From the NCBI GenBank assembly GCA_965651815.1, contig CBFGTJ010000001.1:14036-78035 (forward strand): a stretch of DNA of 64,000 nucleotides. The letters are read 5' to 3'. Below the pieces are notes generated by a model. It was not told where the DNA came from. It did not search any database and saw only the letters and a program-made list of their open reading frames with translations. Made by a program: the position numbers and the translations under genes. Below are positions 8,189 through 15,546 of this stretch, piece by piece. Each line of letters opens with the position of its first letter. The stretch's first letter is position 1. This DNA comes from an uncultured Microthrixaceae bacterium (GTDB lineage Bacteria; Actinomycetota; Acidimicrobiia; Acidimicrobiales; Microtrichaceae).

Positions 8189-9442
8189 GTGTCGCGCCTG
8201 ATCGTCCGGCCCTCCGGTCCGCTCTCGGGAGAGGTGGTCATCCGAGGGGCGAAGAACTCGGTGCTCAAGCTCATGGCGGCCTGCGTGCTGGCGACCGGCC
8301 GGTACGTGCTCCGCAACGTGCCGCACATCTCCGACGTCGAGCACATGCGCCTGCTGCTCGAGGCGATGGGCATCCAGACCCGCTGGCGCGACGACGACGC
8401 GCTCGAGGTCGTCCGTGGTGACGAGGTCACCCCCGAGGCGCCCTACGAGCTCGTCGAGCGCATGCGGGCGTCGTCGGCGGTGCTGGGCCCGCTGCTCGCC
8501 TCGGTGGGCGAGGCGCGGGTGGCCATGCCCGGTGGCGACGACTTCGGGTCCCGGCCGATCGACATGCACCTCCAGGGCCTCGAGGCCATGGGCGCCCGCT
8601 TCTCGCTCGCCCACGGTGTGATCGAGGGCGTCGCCCCGCGCCTGAAGGGCACCGAGATCGTGCTCGAGTACCCGAGCGTCGGCGCGACCGAGAACCTGCT
8701 GATGGCGGGCGTGCTGGCCGAGGGACGCACCACCGTGCACAACGCGGCGCGGGAGCCCGAGATCGCGGACCTCGCCGCGTTCCTCAACCGGATGGGGGGA
8801 CGGATCCTCGGCGCCGGGAGCTCGGTCATCACGATCGACGGCGTGGACGAGCTGCGAGCGGTGGAGCACCGGGTGATCCCCGACCGCGTCGAGGTGGCCA
8901 CGTTCCTGTCGGCCCTGGGCGTCGCCGGAGGCGAGCTGGACCTGCGTGGCGTGCGCGTCGACCACCTCGACCTCCTCATCGAGAAGCTGGGCCGGATGGG
9001 CATGCGGATCTCACCGGAGGCCGAGGGCCTGTGGGCGATGTCGAAGGGGCGGCCCCGCCCGGTGGACGTCGCGACCCTGCCGTACCCGGGGCTCGCGACC
9101 GACTACCTGCCGGTGCTCGTCGCGCTGCAGTGCTTCTCGACGGGGACCAGCTACGCCACCGAGAACGTGTTCTCGGGCAGGTTCCGCTACATCGGGGAGC
9201 TGGCCCGCATGGGGGCCAGGATCCGGGTGGAGGACCACCACCTGGTCATCGACGGGGTCGAACGGCTGTCGGGCGCGCCCGTGCGCGCGGTCGACATCCG
9301 CGCCGGCGCGGCGCTCGTCGTCGCGGCGCTCGGCGCGGACGGCGAGACGGTCATCTCCGACGCCCACCACATCGACCGGGGCTACGAGGACTTCGACGCC
9401 CGCATGCGCGCCATCGGCGCGGACGTGCAGCGGGTGGACTGA
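8189..9442 (+). CDS. murA: UDP-N-acetylglucosamine 1-carboxyvinyltransferase
   Basis: 417 aa starting at GTG 8189. The N-terminus LIVRPSGPLSGEVVIRGAKNSVLKLMAA and the full-length EPSP-synthase-fold pattern match MurA. Confidence 0.93.
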   Translation: MSRLIVRPSGPLSGEVVIRGAKNSVLKLMAACVLATGRYVLRNVPHISDVEHMRLLLEAMGIQTRWRDDDALEVVRGDEVTPEAPYELVERMRASSAVLGPLLASVGEARVAMPGGDDFGSRPIDMHLQGLEAMGARFSLAHGVIEGVAPRLKGTEIVLEYPSVGATENLLMAGVLAEGRTTVHNAAREPEIADLAAFLNRMGGRILGAGSSVITIDGVDELRAVEHRVIPDRVEVATFLSALGVAGGELDLRGVRVDHLDLLIEKLGRMGMRISPEAEGLWAMSKGRPRPVDVATLPYPGLATDYLPVLVALQCFSTGTSYATENVFSGRFRYIGELARMGARIRVEDHHLVIDGVERLSGAPVRAVDIRAGAALVVAALGADGETVISDAHHIDRGYEDFDARMRAIGADVQRVD

Positions 9443-9446
9443 GCGA

Positions 9447-9476
9447 GGTCCGGCAGAGCGCGGTCCGGCAGAGCGC
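9447..9476. repeat. perfect tandem duplication of a 15-bp unit GGTCCGGCAGAGCGC
   Basis: The two units are at 9447-9461 and 9462-9476, in the convergent gap after murA. Confidence 0.9.
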
Positions 9477-9483
9477 GCCCCGT

Positions 9484-9702
9484 TCAGCGCGGGCCGGCGG
9501 GTCGGTCGCGCTCGTCCGGGGTGCCGTCGGGGTCCTGGCGGCGCTCCCCGAGGCGCCCCGCCCGCTTGTTCGCCGAGTACAGGAGCACCGCGAACACCGC
9601 GATCGGGCCGCCGACCATCAGGATCTCGTCCCACCCGCCCTGGTGCGCCACCAGTGCGCCGGGCAGCCAGCCGAGGGCCGCGGCAGCGGGGAACCGGGCC
9701 AT
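9484..9702 (-). CDS. small hydrophobic protein (2 predicted TM), hypothetical
   Basis: 72 aa from ATG 9702 (MARFPAAAALGWLPG...). This is the only plausible part of the 179-aa ORF. There is no clear RBS. Confidence 0.35.
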   Translation of the reverse strand: MARFPAAAALGWLPGALVAHQGGWDEILMVGGPIAVFAVLLYSANKRAGRLGERRQDPDGTPDERDRPAGPR

Positions 9703-9808
9703 CAGGAACACCCCATGAGGAACACCACGGTAGCTCCGGGGGTTGTCCCTCCAGCGGGCGCGCACCATCATCGTCCCGGCGCGCCACCTGCACCCCCGGA
9801 GGTCACGA

Positions 9809-10081
9809 GTGTCGATCGACTTGGCGAAGGTCGAAGAGGTCATCGAGATCATGCGGCCTGCGATCCAGGCCGACGGTGGCGACATCTCGCTGGTCGACGT
9901 CGACGTGGACACGGGGGTGGTGACCGTGGAGCTCACCGGCGCCTGCGTGAGCTGCCCCGCCTCGACGGTGACGATGAAGGCCGGGATCGAGCGGATCATG
10001 AAGGACCGCGTGCCGGGCGTCACCTCGGTGGTGCAGCCCGGTGAGGACCAGGTCGAGTCCGGGACCGCCGTCTCGTTGTGA
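9809..10081 (+). CDS. NifU C-terminal (Nfu-type) Fe-S cluster assembly domain protein
   Basis: GTG 9809 is preceded by a GGAGG RBS. The CxxC motif LTGACVSCPAS and MRPAIQADGGDISLVDV are typical of Nfu domains. Confidence 0.8.
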   Translation: MSIDLAKVEEVIEIMRPAIQADGGDISLVDVDVDTGVVTVELTGACVSCPASTVTMKAGIERIMKDRVPGVTSVVQPGEDQVESGTAVSL

Positions 10082-10093
10082 GCCCGGCGGGCG

Positions 10094-10537
10094 TCAGGCG
10101 CAGGTGGCGCAGCGCCCGAGCACGTCGAGCCGGTGGTGCTCGACCTCGAACCCCTCGCCCTCTGCGACCCGGTCCAGCGACCGGGTGAGCGACGCCTCGA
10201 TCTGGTCGTCGAGCGTCACGTCCTCGACCCGGCCGCAGCGCGTGCAGACCAGGTGGTGGTGGTGCTCGGTGAGGTCCTCCGCCAGCTCGAAGTGGCTGTA
10301 CTCGTCACCCGCGACGATCCGGTGCGCGACGCCGGCGGCGATGAGCTCGTTGAGGTTGCGGTAGGCGCTGGACTGGGCGAGCGACGCGTCCTCCCGGAGG
10401 ATCTCGGGGATCGTGAGCGGCCGGTCGGCCGCCGCGAGCACGTCGACCAGCGCGCGGCGCGCCCTCGTGTACCGCAGGCCGGCGCCGCGGAGCCGCTGGG
10501 AGGCGGTGGTGTGGAGGTCGTCGCCAGCGGTGCCCAT
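10094..10537 (-). CDS. zur: Fur-family metalloregulator, Zur-like
   Basis: 147 aa with a winged-helix N-terminus. EHHHHLVCTRCGRVEDV plus the C-terminal CATC give two CxxC pairs. The His-run preceding the CxxC resembles mycobacterial Zur/FurB. Confidence 0.8.
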   Translation of the reverse strand: MGTAGDDLHTTASQRLRGAGLRYTRARRALVDVLAAADRPLTIPEILREDASLAQSSAYRNLNELIAAGVAHRIVAGDEYSHFELAEDLTEHHHHLVCTRCGRVEDVTLDDQIEASLTRSLDRVAEGEGFEVEHHRLDVLGRCATCA

Positions 10538-10545
10538 CGGGGCCC

Positions 10546-10551
10546 ACCGTA
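10546..10551 (-). promoter_or_regulatory. -10-like hexamer TACGGT (minus strand) positioned for a leaderless zur start
   Basis: It lies 8 nt upstream of ATG 10537 and would give zur its own promoter downstream of the pseudopilin genes. Confidence 0.35.
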
Positions 10552-10559
10552 GCCCTGGT

Positions 10560-10579
10560 TGGGAACGGCTGAGAACGGC
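10560..10579. promoter_or_regulatory. direct repeat TGGGAACGGC / TGAGAACGGC upstream of zur; candidate Zur operator
   Basis: The heptamers TGGGAAC and TGAGAAC are exactly the two half-sites of the palindrome at 13711-13725. The repeat lies 9-28 nt upstream of the putative zur -10 element. Confidence 0.35.
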
Positions 10580-10582
10580 GGG

Positions 10583-11230
10583 TCAGGGTCGGTCGACCGT
10601 GACGGCGATCGAACCGGACACGTAGTCGAGGCCCGGGGCGCTGACCGACAGGACCGTGAAGCGGACCTGATCCGCACGGCTGCTCCCCGAGCGCGGGTAC
10701 CAGCCCGACAGGAACGTGAGCGAGCCCGCGGACCCCGTCGTCGCCTGCAGGGTGTCCCGGTTGGTCCAGCTGCCGGTGCCCCGCCGGGTCTGGACCCGCA
10801 CGGTCACCACCGCACCCCTCACCGGGTCGCCCAGGTCGTCCCGGACGCGGAGCTCCGCGCTCGCCCGCCAGTTGGTGCCCGAGGTGGACCGTGAGGTGCT
10901 CGTCCACGAGGCGTTCACGGTCTGCGGGCTCGGCGCCTCGGTCGTCGTGGTGGGCGGGACGGTCGTCGAGGTCGTGCTCGTCGTGGAGGTGGTCGTCGAC
11001 GTGGTCGTGGCGTCACCGCCGCCTCCACCGTCACCACCACCACCACCGCCGCCATCGGCGGGTGCCTCGGGGATGGTGCGGGTGCTGATCGCGTCGGCCG
11101 ACTGCTGGGTCTTCTTCTCCGCCGTGTCCTGGAGGAACTCCACCGCGGCCAGCGTGCCGAGGGCGAACAGCGCCACCAGCAGCGCGTACTCCACGATCGT
11201 CGCTCCCCGCTCGGGCCGCTCGCGTCGCAT
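10583..11230 (-). CDS. Flp/TadF-like prepilin-type protein with long Gly-run, Thr-rich linker and C-terminal beta-rich domain
   Basis: 215 aa. The N-terminus MRRERPERG/ATIVEYALLVALFALGTLAAV matches the Flp prepilin G/xxxxEY cleavage motif. It is followed by GGGGGGGDGGGGGD, then TTTSTTTSTTSTTSTTVPPTTTT, then a domain of about 110 aa. Confidence 0.7.
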   Translation of the reverse strand: MRRERPERGATIVEYALLVALFALGTLAAVEFLQDTAEKKTQQSADAISTRTIPEAPADGGGGGGGDGGGGGDATTTSTTTSTTSTTSTTVPPTTTTEAPSPQTVNASWTSTSRSTSGTNWRASAELRVRDDLGDPVRGAVVTVRVQTRRGTGSWTNRDTLQATTGSAGSLTFLSGWYPRSGSSRADQVRFTVLSVSAPGLDYVSGSIAVTVDRP

Positions 11231-11233
11231 CGC

Positions 11234-12994
11234 CTACTCCACCAACCGGACCGGGTTGCCGAGGATCGCGGCCGACCAGGTCGTCACGTCGTTCACGCCG
11301 CCGGGGAAGTCCGCCACCACGGTGACCCAGCAGCCGGTGGGGGAGTCCTCGTCGCAGTCGTAGTCGGCCGGGATCGGCACGTCGATCGTCACGAGCTTCC
11401 CCTGGTACCCGTTCGCCGCCGACACGTTGTTGAGCTTGCAGATCGAGGACTGCGTGCTCAGGCTCCCGCCACCGTCCCGGGAGAACTCGCACCCGGAGAA
11501 GGTCGAGCCGTACTCGGGTGGCGGGAGGATCTGGAGGGAGCCGGCCCCACCACTCACGTCACCCATGTCGAACAGGGACACGCGCAGGGTCCGGCCGGCG
11601 TCGAACGCGTTCACCCGCGCCAGGTAGAAGCTGGCGTTCGCGCCCGTCGCGTTGGTGAACAGCGGGAGCCGGCCCCGTGCCGCGAGGGTCAGGTTGTCGC
11701 CGCTCACCGAGGTGAGCCCCGCGTCGCCGAAGCCCGCCCGGATCGAGAAGCGGTTGTGCCCGCCCGTGTTCACGGTCGGGTCGTAGGTCGTCGGGTCGTC
11801 CGGCCTCGCGTTCGTGCGGATCTGGAGGATGTACTTGCCGGTCTGGACCGAGCCGGCGGGGATCTCGCAGATGGTGACCCACTTGCGGAACACCTCGGCG
11901 AAGGTCCACGGGGGCTTGCCGTCCATCACCGACTCGGCCCCGCTGTTGAGCCAGTTGTAGATGGTGGTGCCGTTGGTCGGGTCGTAGGGCTTGAAGCTCT
12001 GCGGCGAGCAGGTCGCGGTGTCGATGACCGGGTTGTCGAGGTCGGTCCACTCGGTGTTGTCGGGGCGACGCACGATGTACGAGGTGTGCACGTTCGCGCC
12101 CTCGTGGTCGATGTCGCCCGTGCAGTAGTTGCCGGTGCCCGGCGCGTACCGCGTCGTCGCGTCGGGGTACGGGTTGCCCGGCTTGCTGCGCAGCGCGTTC
12201 AGCTGGGTCGAGCTCGGGAGCATGGTCGACGGGCAGGTCGAACCGATGTCGACGAAGGCGGGGTCGAAGATCTGGATCTTCAGCGGTTGCCCCGGCACCG
12301 GATCGGTCACGTCGATCGCGTACAGGTAGCCCTCGGTCGCGTAGTCGTCGTTGTCGATCCCGGGCAGGGAGTTGTTCCCGCAGTTGGACTCGAAGTAGCC
12401 GCTGCTCTGCTGGCACACCTTCGCCTGGTAGCGGTCACCCCAGTGCTTCCACGACCGCGGACCGCCGACCATCGACCACAGCTGCGGGTTGTAACCGATC
12501 TCGGGGTCGTTCCCGAGCCGGTTCTCGGGCGAGCCCATCGGCACGGGCGAGATGTACTCGGCCACCGCCTCGCGGTGGAGGGTGACCCGGTCGATGCCGA
12601 AGATGCCGACGAAGAAGGTCTCCACCTCGGTGGTGACGCCGACGCGCAGCCGGTTCGGGTTCGGCTCCTGCTGGACCGCCACGGTGGCGTTCGTGTTCGC
12701 GCCCGAGGAGCGGTACCCGTTCTTGGCGACCTCGGCCCGCGCGGTGCTGGACGCGGAGGTCAGGTCGCCAGGCAGGTAGACGACCCCGGCGTGTGCCCCG
12801 GCGTCCGCGGCGCGCTGGAGCTTCTGGGCCTGGTACCACCAGTTCGACAGGTCGATCGCGAAGCCGACGAAGGCGAGGATCGCGACCAGCAGGAGGGTGA
12901 ACCACACGAGCACCACGCCGCGCTCCCGGCGGTTGCGCTCCGCCCAGGTCTTGCGACGTGGGCGCTCGCGTCGGGGCCTGCCACGCTCGTGCAC
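11234..12994 (-). CDS. TadG-like (Tad_N, Flp pilus-assembly TadE/G-like N-terminal domain) large pseudopilin/adhesin
   Basis: 586 aa. ERGVVLVWFTLLLVAILAFVGFAIDLSNWWYQAQKLQRAADAGAHAG is typical of the TadG N-terminal domain. The large C-terminal region is Cys-containing. Confidence 0.75.
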   Translation of the reverse strand: MHERGRPRRERPRRKTWAERNRRERGVVLVWFTLLLVAILAFVGFAIDLSNWWYQAQKLQRAADAGAHAGVVYLPGDLTSASSTARAEVAKNGYRSSGANTNATVAVQQEPNPNRLRVGVTTEVETFFVGIFGIDRVTLHREAVAEYISPVPMGSPENRLGNDPEIGYNPQLWSMVGGPRSWKHWGDRYQAKVCQQSSGYFESNCGNNSLPGIDNDDYATEGYLYAIDVTDPVPGQPLKIQIFDPAFVDIGSTCPSTMLPSSTQLNALRSKPGNPYPDATTRYAPGTGNYCTGDIDHEGANVHTSYIVRRPDNTEWTDLDNPVIDTATCSPQSFKPYDPTNGTTIYNWLNSGAESVMDGKPPWTFAEVFRKWVTICEIPAGSVQTGKYILQIRTNARPDDPTTYDPTVNTGGHNRFSIRAGFGDAGLTSVSGDNLTLAARGRLPLFTNATGANASFYLARVNAFDAGRTLRVSLFDMGDVSGGAGSLQILPPPEYGSTFSGCEFSRDGGGSLSTQSSICKLNNVSAANGYQGKLVTIDVPIPADYDCDEDSPTGCWVTVVADFPGGVNDVTTWSAAILGNPVRLVE

Positions 12995-12998
12995 CAGA

Positions 12999-13652
12999 TC
13001 ACCCCGGGGTCTCGCCGGCGCACTGGTCGGTCGGCAGCGGCTCGAGCCGCATCACCGTGTGGGCACCGACGTAGCGGTGCGAGCCGAGCAGGCCGGAGAG
13101 GTAGTCGTGGCGTGTCTGCACGAACACGCCGATCGAGTCGACGTTGACGCCGCAGGCGTCGGGGTCGGTCCACGAGCCGCCCGTGCGCGTGAAGGTCCCG
13201 TCCGCGGCGCTCCAGGTGAACCTGACGCAGCTGGAGGTGCACCCGCCGGCCATGGCGTCGCCGGGGAACCCGCCGTGGGGCGCCCCGTCGGAGGAGGCGG
13301 GGTTCACCTCGTAGACGACCATGCCGACCGGCTCCGCGTTGTTGAGCGCCTTGAGGTCCGCCGCGGCGGCGAGCGACATCTGGATCAGGGCGTTGTTCTG
13401 CGCCGGCACCGACAGCCCCGCCTGGGAGTAGTGCGTCGCACCGATGCGCGCCGCGCTGCGGGTCGAGCCGTTCGTGGTCGAGTACGAGGTGAACAGCAGG
13501 CCGAACTCGATGATGCCGAGCAGGAGCAGCACCATGACCGGCAGCACGAAGGCGGCCTCCACCAGCACCGCGCCCCGTTGCCCGCGGCGGCGGGTGGTGG
13601 CCTGGGACCGTCCACGGACGAGCGTCCCCTCAGGGGTTGTCGCAACCCTCAC
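12999..13652 (-). CDS. TadE-like pseudopilin
   Basis: 217 aa. QRGAVLVEAAFVLPVMVLLLLGIIEFG matches the TadE-like N-terminal motif. Confidence 0.75.
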   Translation of the reverse strand: MRVATTPEGTLVRGRSQATTRRRGQRGAVLVEAAFVLPVMVLLLLGIIEFGLLFTSYSTTNGSTRSAARIGATHYSQAGLSVPAQNNALIQMSLAAAADLKALNNAEPVGMVVYEVNPASSDGAPHGGFPGDAMAGGCTSSCVRFTWSAADGTFTRTGGSWTDPDACGVNVDSIGVFVQTRHDYLSGLLGSHRYVGAHTVMRLEPLPTDQCAGETPG

Positions 13653-13703
13653 TTCACCAACGTCGGCGGAGTCGAGCCAGGACTTGAGGAGTCACGTTCG
13701 GCG

Positions 13704-13733
13704 TTGATGTTGAGAACGGTTCCCATGTAGCGT
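13704..13733 (+). promoter_or_regulatory. putative promoter of the metal-uptake operon (-35 TTGATG, 18-nt spacer, -10 TAGCGT), leaderless GTG 13741
   Basis: TTGATG is at 13704-13709 and TAGCGT at 13728-13733. The -10 ends 7 nt before the start codon. This is the locally AT-richest stretch of the divergent gap. Confidence 0.45.
13711..13725. promoter_or_regulatory. 7-1-7 imperfect palindrome TGAGAAC-G-GTTCCCA, candidate Zur box
   Basis: The two arms agree at 6 of 7 paired positions. 10 of 15 positions match the actinobacterial Zur box as I remember it (TGAAAATGATTTTCA). It lies in the -35/-10 spacer of the metal-uptake promoter and 59 nt upstream of tadE. Confidence 0.45.
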
Positions 13734-13740
13734 CGGCCCC

Positions 13741-14655
13741 GTGAGCCCGCGCTCCACCCCCACGAGACGCCGCAACCGCGCAGCCCTGGCGTTCGGTGCG
13801 CTCGCGTGCGTGGTGCTGTCCTGTGCCTGTTCCACCTCGGAGGGCGATGCCTCGCCGGCGGTCCTCGCGACGACGACCGTGTGGGCGGACGTGGTCTCCC
13901 GGGTGGCCTGCGGCGAGGAGGTGCCGGCGCTGGTGCCTCCGGGCACCGACGCGCACTCCTACGAGCCCTCGATCCGCGACGCCGACCGCCTCCGCGCGGC
14001 CCGAGTGGTCGTCGCGAACGGGCTCGACCTCGAGGACGGCCTCACCGACGCGCTGCGGACCGCCGCGGCGGACGGCGTGACGATCCTCGAGGTGGCCGAC
14101 CACACCGAGGTGATCGACGGGGACCCCCACCTGTGGATGGACCCCGACCGGGTCGCCGCCGCGGTCCCCGCGATCGCCGACGCGCTCGGGGACGCCGGCC
14201 TGGACCTGGGGCCCGACGAGCTGGACCGGTGCGCCGGGGAGTACTCCGCCGAGCTCTCCCGGCTCGCCGAGGAGGTCGAGTCGGCCTTCGCGGCGGTGCC
14301 GCCCGCCCGGCGGGTCGTGGTGACGCAGCACGAGAACCTCCGCTACTTCGCCACCCGCTTCGGTCTGGACGTCGTCGGTGCCGTCGTCCCCTCGACGAGC
14401 TCCCTCGCGGCGACCGGTCCCCGGGCGATGGAGGAGCTCGAGGCCGCGATGCGCGAGCGCGACGTGCGAACCGTCCTGGTGGAGGCCGACACGTTCGCCT
14501 CGGAGGCCGAGGCCCTCGCCGACCGGGTGGGCGCGACCGTCGTGGAGCTGCGCGTCGAGTCCCTCGCCGCGAGGGGCGAGCCGTCGAGCTACGTCGAGCT
14601 CGTCCGTCGGGACGCCGAGCTCATCGTCGAGGCGCTGGCCGGGGGTGCCCCGTGA
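13741..14655 (+). CDS. metal ABC transporter substrate-binding lipoprotein (ZnuA/TroA, cluster A-I type)
   Basis: 304 aa with lipobox VLSCAC. HSYEPS and DPHLWMDP are conserved metal-site motifs of the ZnuA/MntC/TroA family. Confidence 0.85.
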   Translation: MSPRSTPTRRRNRAALAFGALACVVLSCACSTSEGDASPAVLATTTVWADVVSRVACGEEVPALVPPGTDAHSYEPSIRDADRLRAARVVVANGLDLEDGLTDALRTAAADGVTILEVADHTEVIDGDPHLWMDPDRVAAAVPAIADALGDAGLDLGPDELDRCAGEYSAELSRLAEEVESAFAAVPPARRVVVTQHENLRYFATRFGLDVVGAVVPSTSSLAATGPRAMEELEAAMRERDVRTVLVEADTFASEAEALADRVGATVVELRVESLAARGEPSSYVELVRRDAELIVEALAGGAP

Positions 14656-15527
14656 GCGGCATCACGGCAGCGACCCCGGTGGGCTGGGTCGTCACGCCGT
14701 TCGCCGAGTCGCTCACCATGCAGCGCGCCCTCGCGGTCGGCACGCTCGCCGCCGTCGCGTGCGGTCTCGTCGGCACCTGGGTCGTGCTGCGCAGCATGGC
14801 GTTCCTCGGCGACGCGCTCGCGCACGGGGTGGTGCCCGGCATCGCGATCGCGTCGGTGCTCGGATTCGACCTCGCCCTGGGCGCCGCGCTGAGCGCCGCG
14901 GTCATGATCGGGGGCATCACCGTGGTCAGCCGCCGGGCACGGCTCGCGGAGGACACCGCGATCGGGCTGCTGTTCGTCGGCATGCTCTCCCTCGGCGTGC
15001 TCATCGTGAGCAGCTCCAGCTCGTTCGCCGGCGACCTCACCTCCTTCCTGTTCGGCGGGATCACCAGCGTCGACGGCGGCGACATCGTCCTCGCCGCCGT
15101 GGTCGCCGTCGTGACCGTCGTCGCCGTGGTCCTCGGCTACCGGGCGTTCCTGGCGCTCACGTTCAACGCCCGCACCGCGCAGCTGCTCGGCATGCGGCCC
15201 GGCCTCACCCACGCCGCGCTGATGGTGCTGGTGACCGCGGCGGTCGTCGCGAGCTTCACCACCGTCGGCAGCCTCCTCGTGTTCGCGCTCATCACCGCGC
15301 CCGCCGCCGCGTCGGTCCAGCTGGTCCACCGCGTCCCGTGGGTGCTGGTGACCTCGGTGGTGCTGGCCGAGGTGGCCGTCGTCGCAGGGCTCCTCCTGTC
15401 GTGGCACGCGCACCTCGCCGCGGGTGCCGCCATGGCGACCTGCGCCGTGGGGCTGTTCGTCCTCGCGCTCGTGGTGTCCGAGGTGCGCCGAGCGGTCGGC
15501 GGTCGCCGTGCCGCCGCGGCCCGCTGA
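14652..15527 (+). CDS. metal ABC transporter permease (ABC-3, ZnuB/TroC type)
   Basis: GTG 14652 overlaps the upstream stop (GTGA). About 8-9 TM helices. LRSMAFLGDALAHGVVPGIA is typical of ABC-3 permeases. Confidence 0.85.
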   Translation: MSGITAATPVGWVVTPFAESLTMQRALAVGTLAAVACGLVGTWVVLRSMAFLGDALAHGVVPGIAIASVLGFDLALGAALSAAVMIGGITVVSRRARLAEDTAIGLLFVGMLSLGVLIVSSSSSFAGDLTSFLFGGITSVDGGDIVLAAVVAVVTVVAVVLGYRAFLALTFNARTAQLLGMRPGLTHAALMVLVTAAVVASFTTVGSLLVFALITAPAAASVQLVHRVPWVLVTSVVLAEVAVVAGLLLSWHAHLAAGAAMATCAVGLFVLALVVSEVRRAVGGRRAAAAR

Positions 15528-15546
15528 CGGCACGACCGGCGTGGAG

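Noticed and set aside
6544-8430. Full-length 628-aa version of the MFS ORF. The same issue affects the long N-terminal extensions of ORFs 7961-9442, 13806-15527, 15750-17120, 29133-31625, 32502-34820, 34674-36305, 41892-44144, 43265-45205, 56258-58873 and 58938-61007.
   Set aside because: The upstream parts overlap neighbouring well-supported genes and have shadow-like composition. Internal starts with an RBS, a 4-nt overlap or a leaderless -10 reproduce the expected family N-termini.
10930-11060. Highly repetitive ACC/ACG/GTC and GCC/GCC tracts that look like a tandem-repeat or CRISPR-like array.
   Set aside because: They are in frame within the Flp-like gene and encode its poly-Thr/Ser and poly-Gly linkers. 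There is no repeat-spacer periodicity.
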